Source of the DNA: Escherichia phage vB_Eco_QOTSP
Direction: 5' to 3' (one strand)
Length of the DNA stretch: 64,000 bases
Sequence record: OY720014
Shown: in pieces, positions 29,994 to 38,800 of the stretch
How positions within the stretch are numbered: the first letter of the stretch is position 1
How the letters are laid out: every line of letters starts with the position of its first letter
Made by a program: the position numbers and the translations under genes
Notes under the pieces: generated by a model
Databases searched by the model: none
The model's input: the letters and a program-made list of their open reading frames with translations, nothing else
Told to the model about the DNA's origin: nothing

Positions 29994-30539
29994 ATGAGAA
30001 AAGCACTACTCGCTGGTCTATTGGCCATTTCAATGATGGCACATAGCTCCGAGCATACTTTCAGTAATGTCCAACTCGATAACATGCGTTACGCGTATCA
30101 ATTCGGGGAACAATTTTCTAAGGATGGAAAATATAAAACACACAAAAATATCCACAAGAGCGGATTAGGTCATATAATGGCTGCTATTTTATGGCAAGAA
30201 AGCTCTGGCGGAGTTAATTTAAAATCTAAACCAAAGCATCACGCCTACGGAATGTTCCAAAATTATTTGCCTACTATGCGAGCAAGAGTTAAGGAACTTG
30301 GTTATAATATGACCGATGCTGAAATAAAAAGAATGTTGAATAAACGGTCCAATTCAGCTTCCTGGGCGTACATTGAACTTTCTTATTGGTTAAATATACA
30401 TAAGGGCGATATAAGAAAAGCAATATCCTCTTATAATTCGGGATGGAATGTTAAAGCAGGTTCTAAATATGCTTCTGAAGTCCTAGAAAAGGCTAATTAC
30501 CTTAAAAATAATAAACTTTTGGAAATAGTAAATGACTAA
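29994..30539 (+). CDS. secreted lytic transglycosylase-like protein (SLT motifs), Vs.1-position
   Basis: 181 aa; N-terminal signal peptide; SLT-like motifs ILWQESSGG, YGMFQ, SYNSGW. Confidence 0.65.
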   Translation: MRKALLAGLLAISMMAHSSEHTFSNVQLDNMRYAYQFGEQFSKDGKYKTHKNIHKSGLGHIMAAILWQESSGGVNLKSKPKHHAYGMFQNYLPTMRARVKELGYNMTDAEIKRMLNKRSNSASWAYIELSYWLNIHKGDIRKAISSYNSGWNVKAGSKYASEVLEKANYLKNNKLLEIVND

Positions 30540-30873
30540 AATTTTGGTTTTATGTATAGGATTAATTTCATTTTCTGCGTTAGCAGATACATCATATACT
30601 GAAATTAGAGAGTATGTAAACCGTACTGCAGCGGATTATTGCGGGAAAAATAAAGCATGCCAAGCTGAATTTGCGCAGAAATTAATATATGCATATAAAG
30701 ACGGAGAAAGAGATAAATCAAGCAGATACAAAAATGATACATTGTTAAAACGATATGCTAAAAAGTGGAATACCTTAGAATGTTCAGTTGCGGAGGAGAA
30801 AGATAAAGCCGCTTGTCATTCAATGGTTGACCGTTTGGTAGATTCTTATAATCGAGGATTGAGTACTAGATGA
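30532..30873 (+). CDS. small Cys-containing protein with signal-peptide-like N-terminus (Vs-position)
   Basis: 113-aa ORF; hydrophobic N-terminus ending ALADTS; 4 Cys; T4 Vs identity by synteny only. Confidence 0.5.
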   Translation: MTKILVLCIGLISFSALADTSYTEIREYVNRTAADYCGKNKACQAEFAQKLIYAYKDGERDKSSRYKNDTLLKRYAKKWNTLECSVAEEKDKAACHSMVDRLVDSYNRGLSTR

Positions 30874-31349
30874 TTGTAAAATATATCAAGGGCGATATTG
30901 TCGCCCTATTTCTTCAAGGTAATATTATTGCGCACGGGTGCAATTGTTTTCATACTATGGGTTCAGGTGTAGCTGGTCAATTAGCAAGAGCCTATCCCAA
31001 AATTTTAGAAATAGATAAAACCACTACTGAGTACGGTTCTCGTGATAAATTAGGCGATATGTCTATTGTTTTTAAACATAAACCTAATGGTTTTGGTATA
31101 TGCTATAACCTGTATACGCAATACGAACCAGGTCCTAATCTTGATTATGGTGCTTTAGTAAACTGCATGATAGAATTAAATCTACAGGCAGAAACCCTTT
31201 TGTTTAAACCAGTAATTTACATTCCACGCATAGGTTGTGGTATTGCTGGCGGCGATTGGGATAAGGTTTCTAAATTAATCGACATGTTTACTCCTGATAT
31301 TGATTTAATAGTGGTGGATTATGAAAGTACATTACCCACATCCGTTTGA
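30870..31349 (+). CDS. macro-domain protein (predicted ADP-ribose binding/hydrolase)
   Basis: 159 aa; motifs HGCNCFHTMGSGVAG and IGCGIAGGDW resemble Poa1-type macro domains. Confidence 0.65.
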   Translation: MIVKYIKGDIVALFLQGNIIAHGCNCFHTMGSGVAGQLARAYPKILEIDKTTTEYGSRDKLGDMSIVFKHKPNGFGICYNLYTQYEPGPNLDYGALVNCMIELNLQAETLLFKPVIYIPRIGCGIAGGDWDKVSKLIDMFTPDIDLIVVDYESTLPTSV

Positions 31350-31533
31350 TCCTAAAAACAAAGTGGAAATTATTCGTCAATGGGAACGCATTTGCCGTAC
31401 TAAATGTCCAATTAATAGTCCACATGATGTAGATAAAGACTACATTGGAACATTCGTTGAATATACCTTTATTGATAAGAAAGGTCGTAAACAACATGTA
31501 GAAGAATATTGCTTAAAGGTTACATGGTTATGA
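31321..31533 (+). CDS. hypothetical protein
   Basis: 70-aa ORF. Confidence 0.5.
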   Translation: MKVHYPHPFDPKNKVEIIRQWERICRTKCPINSPHDVDKDYIGTFVEYTFIDKKGRKQHVEEYCLKVTWL

Positions 31534-31736
31534 GCCAAACTAGTATTCTTAAAAATGCCCACTGTGAAAAGTGTAAGTGGCCGGTTGTTTTTGCTTTATG
31601 CAACGATGAAATGGCTTGTGATTTCGATTATTGGTGCTATTGTTCTAATAAAGGATGCATCAATCATAAAGGTGAAGGATTTTATTCAGGATTTTATCCT
31701 TATCCTGATTTCGTTAAAGAAGGTAAACCAAAATGA
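31530..31736 (+). CDS. small Cys-rich protein
   Basis: ORF track 31509..31736 trimmed to ATG 31530; CxxC pairs suggest a zinc-binding fold. Confidence 0.5.
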   Translation: MSQTSILKNAHCEKCKWPVVFALCNDEMACDFDYWCYCSNKGCINHKGEGFYSGFYPYPDFVKEGKPK

Positions 31737-31906
31737 ATAGTTTTGAGTTACAATACGAAGTGTTACGTGAGCTTGATAATTTAATTGAACTCGCTGTTAA
31801 TAAAGGTTTTGCCATTGGAATCGGTCAAAAAGATACTGGTCATTTAACTATGGAAATATTTAAGCAAAAGCGAATTATTTTAAAACTCCTGGAAATTAAT
31901 ATATGA
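31733..31906 (+). CDS. small hypothetical protein (57 aa)
   Basis: Not in ORF track (under 60 aa); ATGA overlaps at both ends fit it between neighbours. Confidence 0.45.
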   Translation: MNSFELQYEVLRELDNLIELAVNKGFAIGIGQKDTGHLTMEIFKQKRIILKLLEINI

Positions 31907-32088
31907 GTCTGAGTAAAGAACAAAAAGATAAATTGTTTGAGCTTATCCATGAACTTCTAGATGAGCATATAGAAGCAAACACCTTTTATGATGAATACGG
32001 CCCGCTATCTCCAGAACAGCAGGAAGAATTTGCTGATCGGTTTGATAAGAAAGAAAACGAATTAATAGCTTATGTGAATACGCTTTAA
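31903..32088 (+). CDS. hypothetical protein
   Basis: 61-aa acidic ORF. Confidence 0.5.
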   Translation: MSLSKEQKDKLFELIHELLDEHIEANTFYDEYGPLSPEQQEEFADRFDKKENELIAYVNTL

Positions 32089-32097
32089 GAAGGTGAT

Positions 32098-32679
32098 ATG
32101 GCGAGTTTAATTTTTACTTATGCAGCAATGAATGCTGGAAAATCTGCTTCTCTTTTGACTGCTGCGCATAATTATAAAGAACGTGGAATGAGTGTATTAG
32201 TTCTTAAGCCTGCTATTGATACTCGCGACTCTGTCTGTGAAGTCGTTTCTCGCATTGGAATTAAACAGGAAGCGAATATTATCACAGATGATATGGATAT
32301 TTTCGAGTTCTATAAATGGGCTGAAGCACAAAAAGATATTCATTGCGTATTTGTAGATGAAGCCCAATTTTTAAAAACTGAACAGGTGCATCAATTAAGT
32401 CGAATTGTTGATACATATAATGTTCCTGTTATGGCTTATGGATTAAGGACTGATTTCGCTGGAAAATTATTTGAAGGTTCTAAAGAACTTTTGGCGATTG
32501 CAGATAAACTTATTGAACTAAAAGCAGTTTGTCACTGTGGTAAAAAAGCGATTATGACAGCTCGATTAATGGAAGATGGAACACCAGTTAAAGAAGGTAA
32601 TCAAATCTGTATTGGTGATGAAATTTATGTTTCTTTGTGTAGAAAACATTGGAATGAATTAACTAAAAAGCTCGGTTAG
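32098..32679 (+). CDS. tk: thymidine kinase
   Basis: 193 aa; P-loop AAMNAGKS, zinc-ribbon CHCGKK...C; T4 Tk size. Confidence 0.93.
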   Translation: MASLIFTYAAMNAGKSASLLTAAHNYKERGMSVLVLKPAIDTRDSVCEVVSRIGIKQEANIITDDMDIFEFYKWAEAQKDIHCVFVDEAQFLKTEQVHQLSRIVDTYNVPVMAYGLRTDFAGKLFEGSKELLAIADKLIELKAVCHCGKKAIMTARLMEDGTPVKEGNQICIGDEIYVSLCRKHWNELTKKLG

Positions 32680-32688
32680 TGCAAAAGT

Positions 32689-32696
32689 TATAAATA
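32689..32696 (+). promoter_or_regulatory. late promoter TATAAATA upstream of the rI region
   Basis: Exact TATAAATA 26 nt upstream of ATG 32722. Confidence 0.55.
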
Positions 32697-32721
32697 GGTT
32701 TATCTAACTAAAGGGGTATAT

Positions 32722-32934
32722 ATGCTACAATTAACTGAAAAGCAACTTCGCAATCTTACTGTGCTTCAATTAGATGAAATTCGTAGGGAAGTTGGAAATA
32801 TCATTTCAGCTTTGCGTCGAGAAGTATCACTCAACCAATCTCCGGCAGACTATACTAGATTGCGAAATTTTGAAAAATACCTTGATAAAGTTAAGGCCGT
32901 GCATCGGCATAAAGTAAATACAGGACAAAAATGA
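32722..32934 (+). CDS. hypothetical protein (positional equivalent of T4 rI.-1)
   Basis: 70-aa ORF directly upstream of rI. Confidence 0.55.
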
Positions 32935-32946
32935 TAGGAGGCCTTT

Positions 32947-33240
32947 ATGGCCTTAAAAGCAACGGCACTATTTGCCATGCTAGGATTGTCATTTGTTTTA
33001 TCTCCATCGATTGAAGCGAATGTCGATCCTCATTTTGATAAATTTATGGAATCTGGTATTAGGCACGTTTATATGCTTTTTGAAAATAAAAGCGTAGAAT
33101 CGTCTGAACAATTCTATAGTTTTATGAGAACGACCTATAAAAATGACCCGTGCTCTTCTGATTTTGAATGTATAGAACGAGGCGCGGAGATGGCACAATC
33201 ATACGCTAGAATTATGAACATTAAATTGGAGACTGAATGA
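32947..33240 (+). CDS. rI: lysis-inhibition regulator RI (antiholin)
   Basis: 97-aa ORF MALKATALFAMLGLSFVLSPSIEANVDPHFDKFMESG with N-terminal signal-anchor, recognised as T4 RI. Confidence 0.88.
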   Translation: MALKATALFAMLGLSFVLSPSIEANVDPHFDKFMESGIRHVYMLFENKSVESSEQFYSFMRTTYKNDPCSSDFECIERGAEMAQSYARIMNIKLETE

Positions 33241-33623
33241 AATTCAGCGACTTTTCACAAAGTGGAAAACCTTCAAAGGCAGATGAATACTTAGGTTTAT
33301 TAATGGCTGCACAAGCTTATTTTCATTCTGCACATTTTGAAACTAAAAGTTATGCTAGACACAAAGCATACGATTTTATTTTCTCCGAGTTGCCAGATTT
33401 GATTGATAAATTTGGTGAGCAATATTTGGGGTATTCTGGTAGAAAATACACACCTTCAATTCCAGATGCCAGTAAACTTCCTACCGACACAATTAAAATG
33501 ATTGATCGCATACTAGACCAATCTAACAGCATTTATAAAGAAATGCCTCCAGCCATTCAAAGCACGATAGATGATATTACTGGAATGTTTTACCAGAGTA
33601 AGTATCTTCTTTCCCTCGAATAA
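33237..33623 (+). CDS. hypothetical protein (positional equivalent of T4 rI.1)
   Basis: 128-aa ORF overlapping the rI stop. Confidence 0.6.
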
Positions 33624-33628
33624 CATTA

Positions 33629-33650
33629 GTCTCCTTCGGGAGACTTTTTT
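33629..33650 (+). terminator. rho-independent terminator
   Basis: gtctccttcgggagac hairpin followed by tttttt. Confidence 0.75.
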
Positions 33651-33660
33651 CATTTTACCG

Positions 33661-33690
33661 GTTTACTTTCCGTTTGAGTTGTGGTACTAT
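33661..33690 (+). promoter_or_regulatory. early promoter (GTTTAC -35, TACTAT -10)
   Basis: GTTTAC, 18-nt spacer, TACTAT within agttgt...acaact inverted repeat; ACAACTATCAG box. Confidence 0.65.
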
Positions 33691-33718
33691 ACAACTATCA
33701 GATAAAGAGGAGAACATC

Positions 33719-33907
33719 ATGAAAATTGAAGCACTCAATCAAGAAGGAAATATCTACGTCATCATTAATGGTGATTTTTTCGTCGACATGGATGAAGTTA
33801 CTAGTGAAGAACTTGTAGAACTTCTTAAGAAACGTTATAATATGTGTGATGAAGTTGCAACTCACATGGCGTGTGCAATATTCTCTCTTTCATATGTGGT
33901 AGAATAA
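33719..33907 (+). CDS. small hypothetical protein
   Basis: ORF track 33674..33907 (TTG) trimmed to ATG 33719 after GAGGAGAA; 62 aa. Confidence 0.5.
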
Positions 33908-34110
33908 TGATTAGTATCGAACAAGCGGATAAAATTAAGGAATTGGTAGCTTTAATTCGTAAAGCAGATGAGGAACTTAGTGACTTTGCTTGGTTTTCGT
34001 CAGGCATTGCAAATAAAAGTATTGAAGAACTTGAAGATAAAGTTAATAATGCTGTAGAAGCGTTAGATATGTTTCTTGATGAAATTATCGATCATAATAC
34101 GAGAGTTTAA
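33907..34110 (+). CDS. small acidic protein (tandem paralog family)
   Basis: ORF track 33871..34110 trimmed to ATG 33907 (TAATG overlap); 67 aa, [17 protein letters not shown]. Confidence 0.5.
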   Translation: MISIEQADKIKELVALIRKADEELSDFAWFSSGIANKSIEELEDKVNNAVEALDMFLDEIIDHNTRV

Positions 34111-34112
34111 GT

Positions 34113-34307
34113 ATGCTAACACGCGAACAGTTTGAAAAAATCATTAAATTAGCACGTGATATTGAAATAGATTCATATCAATTGGCAGTTGAGCATTGTG
34201 AAGGATATTCATACGACGGTATAGAAGCAGCTAAAAAGGATTTGGATAAATCCAAAGCTAAGTTAGTTCAATATCTTGAAATGATTAGGTGGAATAATGA
34301 AAACTGA
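34113..34307 (+). CDS. small acidic protein (tandem paralog family)
   Basis: 64 aa, MLTREQFEKIIKLARDI. Confidence 0.5.
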   Translation: MLTREQFEKIIKLARDIEIDSYQLAVEHCEGYSYDGIEAAKKDLDKSKAKLVQYLEMIRWNNEN

Positions 34308-34470
34308 AAAGCAGATGTTTTTAATGAAGCTAATTGAAGAATATGCTAATGCAGTTTCTGACTATGAGTGTTCTTCTCGGGAAAGAGGTACAGCTTTCGC
34401 CAAAGAAGAAATGAAAATCATGGTTGATGCTCATACAAAGCTTCAGAATTTTATCGAAAACGTCATTTAA
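34297..34470 (+). CDS. small acidic protein (tandem paralog family), 57 aa
   Basis: Not in ORF track; MKTEKQMFLMKLIEEYANAV with RBS-like spacing, overlaps upstream stop. Confidence 0.4.
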   Translation: MKTEKQMFLMKLIEEYANAVSDYECSSRERGTAFAKEEMKIMVDAHTKLQNFIENVI

Positions 34471-34472
34471 TG

Positions 34473-34502
34473 GTTTACAAGTTGGCAAGGTTATGGTATA
34501 GT
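34473..34502 (+). promoter_or_regulatory. early promoter (GTTTAC -35, TATAGT -10) in a stem-loop
   Basis: GTTTAC, 18-nt spacer, TATAGT; -10 in loop of gttggcaag...cttgtcaac. Confidence 0.6.
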
Positions 34503-34530
34503 AATCTTGTCAACTGCCAAGGAGAAGAGA

Positions 34531-34635
34531 ATGAAAGTTTTGTTTGTTGTGTATGTGATGATTCAATATAATTACCCAATGTTTACTTATAATTTGGTAA
34601 ACAACATTATTGATATGATTCAGAGGAGTATGTAA
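34531..34635 (+). CDS. possible 34-aa hydrophobic leader peptide
   Basis: ATG after GGAGAAGAG; MKVLFVVYVMIQYNYPMF...; stop overlaps next ATG; short, may be spurious. Confidence 0.3.
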   Translation: MKVLFVVYVMIQYNYPMFTYNLVNNIIDMIQRSM

Positions 34636-34820
34636 TGACAAGTGAGCAGGCTTTTAAATTAAGAGAATTAATTGAGACGTATAGTAAAGCTGTTCATACA
34701 TCAACAATTATTGATGAATCAGCTTTCTCCGGACATGCTAACAAGATTAAATACAAAACTCTTATGGAAGAAGCTAAAGTAAATCTTGATTCTTATATTG
34801 AAACTTTAACTGGTAAATAA
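34635..34820 (+). CDS. small acidic protein (tandem paralog family)
   Basis: 61 aa, MTSEQAFKLRELIETYSKAV. Confidence 0.5.
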   Translation: MTSEQAFKLRELIETYSKAVHTSTIIDESAFSGHANKIKYKTLMEEAKVNLDSYIETLTGK

Positions 34821-34821
34821 T

Positions 34822-35364
34822 ATGAAAGCTGTAATTGAAACAACTGATTTGTTCGGTGACCTGGTTATCGAAAAACGTGATAATGTATACGTTCTGACGC
34901 AGGAAGACGATAGTATTACTATTCTTCCTATGGAACTGGCTGCGATTTTATCTTATGCTCCCTCAGGAGTTACCGGTGTAACTAATATTACAGGCGACCT
35001 CCAAGTTCGTTTTTATCGTGGCCTTTACGGCGGTAATATTGAAACTGAATTTATGTGTCTTTCTATCAACAATTGGGCAACATTCGTTGCCAAGGTGAAA
35101 GAATTCTTGGAATCTGAAACAGTCGAAACACCCGAAAAGGCTAAACTTCAATGGGCTAAAGATCGCGGTGCTAGCATTATTAATCCAGTAGCTGCAAATT
35201 ATACTACGACTTTGGATGTCAAGACTTCTTATGAAGATGGCGATGTCGTACTTGTTCGCCAAATTGATGATTCTCGAGCACATATTGTCACATTTACCAA
35301 AGACGAAGCTATTGCACTAAAGACTTATCTTGATTCTGTTATTCCAACTATGATTTCAAAGTGA
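34822..35364 (+). CDS. hypothetical protein (paralog of 35371..35892)
   Basis: 180 aa; C-terminal ...EAIALKTYLDSVIPTMISK parallels the next gene. Confidence 0.6.
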   Translation: MKAVIETTDLFGDLVIEKRDNVYVLTQEDDSITILPMELAAILSYAPSGVTGVTNITGDLQVRFYRGLYGGNIETEFMCLSINNWATFVAKVKEFLESETVETPEKAKLQWAKDRGASIINPVAANYTTTLDVKTSYEDGDVVLVRQIDDSRAHIVTFTKDEAIALKTYLDSVIPTMISK

Positions 35365-35370
35365 GGAAAT

Positions 35371-35892
35371 ATGTTTATTTCAAGTGAAAGCGGTTTAATT
35401 CGTGTTGAATTTAAAAATGACATCTTCCTTAGTCAAGGAGATGATATTATTAAAATGAGTTATGACGAAATCAAGAAAATTTGTCATACTCTTGAAAGCC
35501 GTGGAAACGTAAATGCTGTTATTGACATTGGTGATTTATGGGTAACGCTTTATGAAGTATCCGAAGGATTTAACATTGAAGATGAAAATAACATTTTAGC
35601 TATTGATAAAAGAACTGATTTGCTTGATGTATTAAAAGCCTATGAGCAGTCAAATGGCGGAAGAAAAGCTGTATTGATTTATCAAAAACCACATTCATGT
35701 GGAACTGCTTCAATCATTTCAAATATTGAAGGTGAAACTGATACTTATATGTGTGTTTTAAAAGCTGGTGGTGACCGTCATCCGGATTTTATTTCTATTC
35801 GTCAAAACAATGGAGAAATTTCATTATCAAAATCAGAAGCTGAAGCTATGATTAAGTATTTAACAACCGTTACGCCTTCAATGAAAGGATAA
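35371..35892 (+). CDS. hypothetical protein (paralog of 34822..35364)
   Basis: 173 aa; C-terminal ...EAEAMIKYLTTVTPSMKG. Confidence 0.6.
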   Translation: MFISSESGLIRVEFKNDIFLSQGDDIIKMSYDEIKKICHTLESRGNVNAVIDIGDLWVTLYEVSEGFNIEDENNILAIDKRTDLLDVLKAYEQSNGGRKAVLIYQKPHSCGTASIISNIEGETDTYMCVLKAGGDRHPDFISIRQNNGEISLSKSEAEAMIKYLTTVTPSMKG

Positions 35893-35894
35893 TT

Positions 35895-36356
35895 ATGATT
35901 ATTAATGAAAACTCTTGGCACTATAAATTATTCAAATTGTTTAACGATGAATGGCAACGACCTAAGACACTATGCGCATATTTTTGGTCTATTGCCATTC
36001 CTACATTTTTCGTTTCTATTTTTGGGTGTGCTATACTCGTAGGGCTAACAATTATTTGTGCAGAAAGCCTACAACGTTGGCTTATTTTCGGTAGTTTATG
36101 GACTCTTCTTCCATCGGCATTTATACTTGCGCTTTTGGTTGTTTTACTTATTATCGGTTCATTTGTTATTCCTGCACATTTGCGTGAAAAATATAAAGAT
36201 TATAAATGGAAAAAGGATTATGCTTTACACGTAGAAAATATTGATAGGGCGTATAAAGGTTTACCTCCTATTCAACCCAAGAAATCGATTATCGTTGAAT
36301 TTTTAAAAGCTCGTAAAGCTAAAGTATGTCCTGTTATTGAATATAAGGCTGAATGA
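35895..36356 (+). CDS. membrane protein
   Basis: 153 aa with two to three hydrophobic helices. Confidence 0.6.
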   Translation: MIINENSWHYKLFKLFNDEWQRPKTLCAYFWSIAIPTFFVSIFGCAILVGLTIICAESLQRWLIFGSLWTLLPSAFILALLVVLLIIGSFVIPAHLREKYKDYKWKKDYALHVENIDRAYKGLPPIQPKKSIIVEFLKARKAKVCPVIEYKAE

Positions 36357-37366
36357 TGAAAACAGTAATGAAAAGCTATTTTGGTAGTCATCTTTATGGA
36401 ACTTCTACCCCAGAATCTGATGTAGATTTTAAAGAAATCTTTGTTCCTCCTGCTCGCGATATTCTTATCGGAAATGTCAAAGAGCACATGAGTAAAAACA
36501 CTAACAACACATCATCTAAAAACACTAAAGATGATATTGACCATGAACTATACAGTCTTAAATATTTCTTTAAATTAGCGGCAGATGGTGAAACTGTAGC
36601 ATTGGATATGCTTCACACTCCACCTGAACTAGTGGTTAAATCTGATTTGCCTGATGTGTGGAAGTTTATTCAAGACAACCGTTCTCGTTTTTATACGACT
36701 AACATGAAATCATATTTAGGATATGTCCGCAAGCAAGCTTCTAAATACGGTGTCAAGGGTTCTCGTTTGGCTGCATTACGTGATGTATTGAAAGTAGTTA
36801 ATCAAATCCCTGAGCAATGGGTTGATTACCAAGAAGATGGTTCTATTAAGCAGCGTCGCACTAAAGTTGAAGATATTAAGCATCGTCTTCCAGAAAACGA
36901 ATTCTGTGAATGGGTGTTTCATAATCATGAGAAAACAGGCCCACAGACGTTTTACACAGTGTTGGGTCGTAAATATCAGACAACGCTTTCTCTTATTGAG
37001 CTTAAGCAGTCACTGAACAAATTAGATGCTGAATACGGTGAACGTGCTCGTAAGGCTGAAGCCAATGAAGGTATTGACTGGAAAGCTTTGAGTCATGCTT
37101 GTCGTGGTGGACTCCAACTATTGGAAATTTACAAAACTGGTGACTTAGTCTATCCACTTCAAGATGCTCCATTTATTCTCGACGTGAAGTTGGGTAAACA
37201 TCCATTTAAAACAGTTCAAGAGTTTTTGGAAGATGTGGTCGATCAAGTAGAAGCAGCATCTACTGAAGCTTCTAAGAACGGTATGCCTAAAACAGTAGAC
37301 ATGAGTTTCTGGGATGACTTCCTTGAGAAGGTCTATCTTGAAAACCACCGAAGTTATTATAAATGA
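36353..37366 (+). CDS. nucleotidyltransferase-fold protein (Pol-beta superfamily motif), nrdC.11-position
   Basis: 337 aa; N-terminal YFGSHLYGTSTPESDVDF fits the G[SG]x9-13Dh[DE]h nucleotidyltransferase signature. Confidence 0.65.
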   Translation: MMKTVMKSYFGSHLYGTSTPESDVDFKEIFVPPARDILIGNVKEHMSKNTNNTSSKNTKDDIDHELYSLKYFFKLAADGETVALDMLHTPPELVVKSDLPDVWKFIQDNRSRFYTTNMKSYLGYVRKQASKYGVKGSRLAALRDVLKVVNQIPEQWVDYQEDGSIKQRRTKVEDIKHRLPENEFCEWVFHNHEKTGPQTFYTVLGRKYQTTLSLIELKQSLNKLDAEYGERARKAEANEGIDWKALSHACRGGLQLLEIYKTGDLVYPLQDAPFILDVKLGKHPFKTVQEFLEDVVDQVEAASTEASKNGMPKTVDMSFWDDFLEKVYLENHRSYYK

Positions 37367-37368
37367 TA

Positions 37369-37392
37369 GGGAGCCTTCGGGCTCCCTTTTTT
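37369..37392 (+). terminator. rho-independent terminator
   Basis: gggagccttcgggctccc hairpin followed by tttttt. Confidence 0.8.
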
Positions 37393-37416
37393 ATTTCAAA
37401 AATTTTTCACAAAACG

Positions 37417-37446
37417 GTTTACATGGTCTGTAGTTGTTGATACTAT
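37417..37446 (+). promoter_or_regulatory. early promoter (GTTTAC -35, TACTAT -10)
   Basis: tttcacaaaacgGTTTACa, 18-nt spacer, TACTAT; CCTATCAAAA box. Confidence 0.65.
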
Positions 37447-37484
37447 AGACCTATCAAAACAAATGAGTAAATTGGAGATACAAA

Positions 37485-37685
37485 ATGACTACTTTGAATA
37501 AACGTTTCGGTAAAGCTAAATCTGGTTGTGCAGCTGAACGTCGTTATGTTTTCGCTCAATTAGAAGATGTAGAGTATCAGATTAATCAAGTTCACATTAC
37601 TGGTATCGAGCCTATGTGTGGCCTTGAAGCTCTTCGTGAAGTTCGTGACGGGTATCGTCGTGACATCGAAGAAATGTCAAAATAA
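37485..37685 (+). CDS. small hypothetical protein
   Basis: 66-aa ORF with its own promoter and GGAGAT ribosome-binding site. Confidence 0.5.
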   Translation: MTTLNKRFGKAKSGCAAERRYVFAQLEDVEYQINQVHITGIEPMCGLEALREVRDGYRRDIEEMSK

Positions 37686-37715
37686 GTATACAAACTGATA
37701 GGACTATGTTATAGT
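37686..37715 (+). promoter_or_regulatory. early-type promoter (GTATAC -35 variant, TATAGT -10) in a stem-loop
   Basis: -10 within gataggacta...tagtcctatc inverted repeat; CCTATCAAA box. Confidence 0.5.
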
Positions 37716-37742
37716 AGTCCTATCAAATCAAAGGAGAATAAA

Positions 37743-38711
37743 ATGAAAACTGTAACTATCAATAAGGGTATCTACTTCGGTAAAGAAATCTCTGGAACTT
37801 TTGAGCTCTTAGGCGAATGGTTCCCAGATAATGCTCCGGTAGATGCACAAGGAGATGGTAAAGTTTTTGTTGAAATTGACGGTAAACGTCGCGGTGTTTG
37901 GGTTTACAAATCAGACATTTCATATGATGGTGTAAAAGTTGAAGAAGTTAAAGAATCGTATGAAGATATGAAAACCCGCATTAATAAAAGATTTAATGTT
38001 ATGGGAATGATGACGAATGGTATTATTAATGGAAATATTCGTTCATTAATTATCTCTGGTGCGGCGGGTATTGGTAAAACGTATTCTTTAGATAAAGCTT
38101 TAAATAAAGCAAATGATATTGGATACATTGAATATAAAAGCATTAACGGTAAAATCTCTGGTATCGGTCTTTATGAACAGCTTTGGAATAATCGTGAAGA
38201 GAATTCTGTCCTTTTGATTGATGATGTGGATGTTTTCTCTGATATGGACATTCTTAATCTTCTGAAAGCTGCTCTGGACACTGGAGAGACCCGTAAAGTC
38301 TGCTGGAGCACTGCATCTTCTTACTTAGAAGAAAAAGGCATTGAGCGTGAGTTTGAATTTAAAGGAACGATTGTTTTTATCACAAACGTTGACATTGACC
38401 GCGAATTAGACCGTGGTACTAAACTTGCTCCACATTTACAAGCATTAGTGTCCCGCTCAGTTTATTTGGATTTGGGTGTTCACACTAATGAAGAAATTAT
38501 GGTCAGGGTTGAAGATGTTATTCTTTCGACTGATATGATGCAAAAGCGCGGTCTTTCTGATGAAGAAACTTATAAAGCATTATCATGGATGAAAGTCAAT
38601 GTTAATCGTTTACGCAATGTTTCACTGCGTACTGCTCTTTATCTTGCTGACTTTATTATGACCGACAAAAATGGTTGGGAAGAAATTGCTGAGGTTACTC
38701 TTCTGAAATAA
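37743..38711 (+). CDS. P-loop NTPase (AAA-like ATPase), nrdC.10-position
   Basis: 322 aa; Walker A GAAGIGKT and Walker B VLLIDDVD. Confidence 0.7.
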   Translation: MKTVTINKGIYFGKEISGTFELLGEWFPDNAPVDAQGDGKVFVEIDGKRRGVWVYKSDISYDGVKVEEVKESYEDMKTRINKRFNVMGMMTNGIINGNIRSLIISGAAGIGKTYSLDKALNKANDIGYIEYKSINGKISGIGLYEQLWNNREENSVLLIDDVDVFSDMDILNLLKAALDTGETRKVCWSTASSYLEEKGIEREFEFKGTIVFITNVDIDRELDRGTKLAPHLQALVSRSVYLDLGVHTNEEIMVRVEDVILSTDMMQKRGLSDEETYKALSWMKVNVNRLRNVSLRTALYLADFIMTDKNGWEEIAEVTLLK

Positions 38712-38800
38712 TTCATAAGAGGCCTTCTATGACAAAAAGGCAGTTCAGAAATAGATTATATGGACTGCCATCAAAAAGATGACTAGAATTAAACTGGTAA

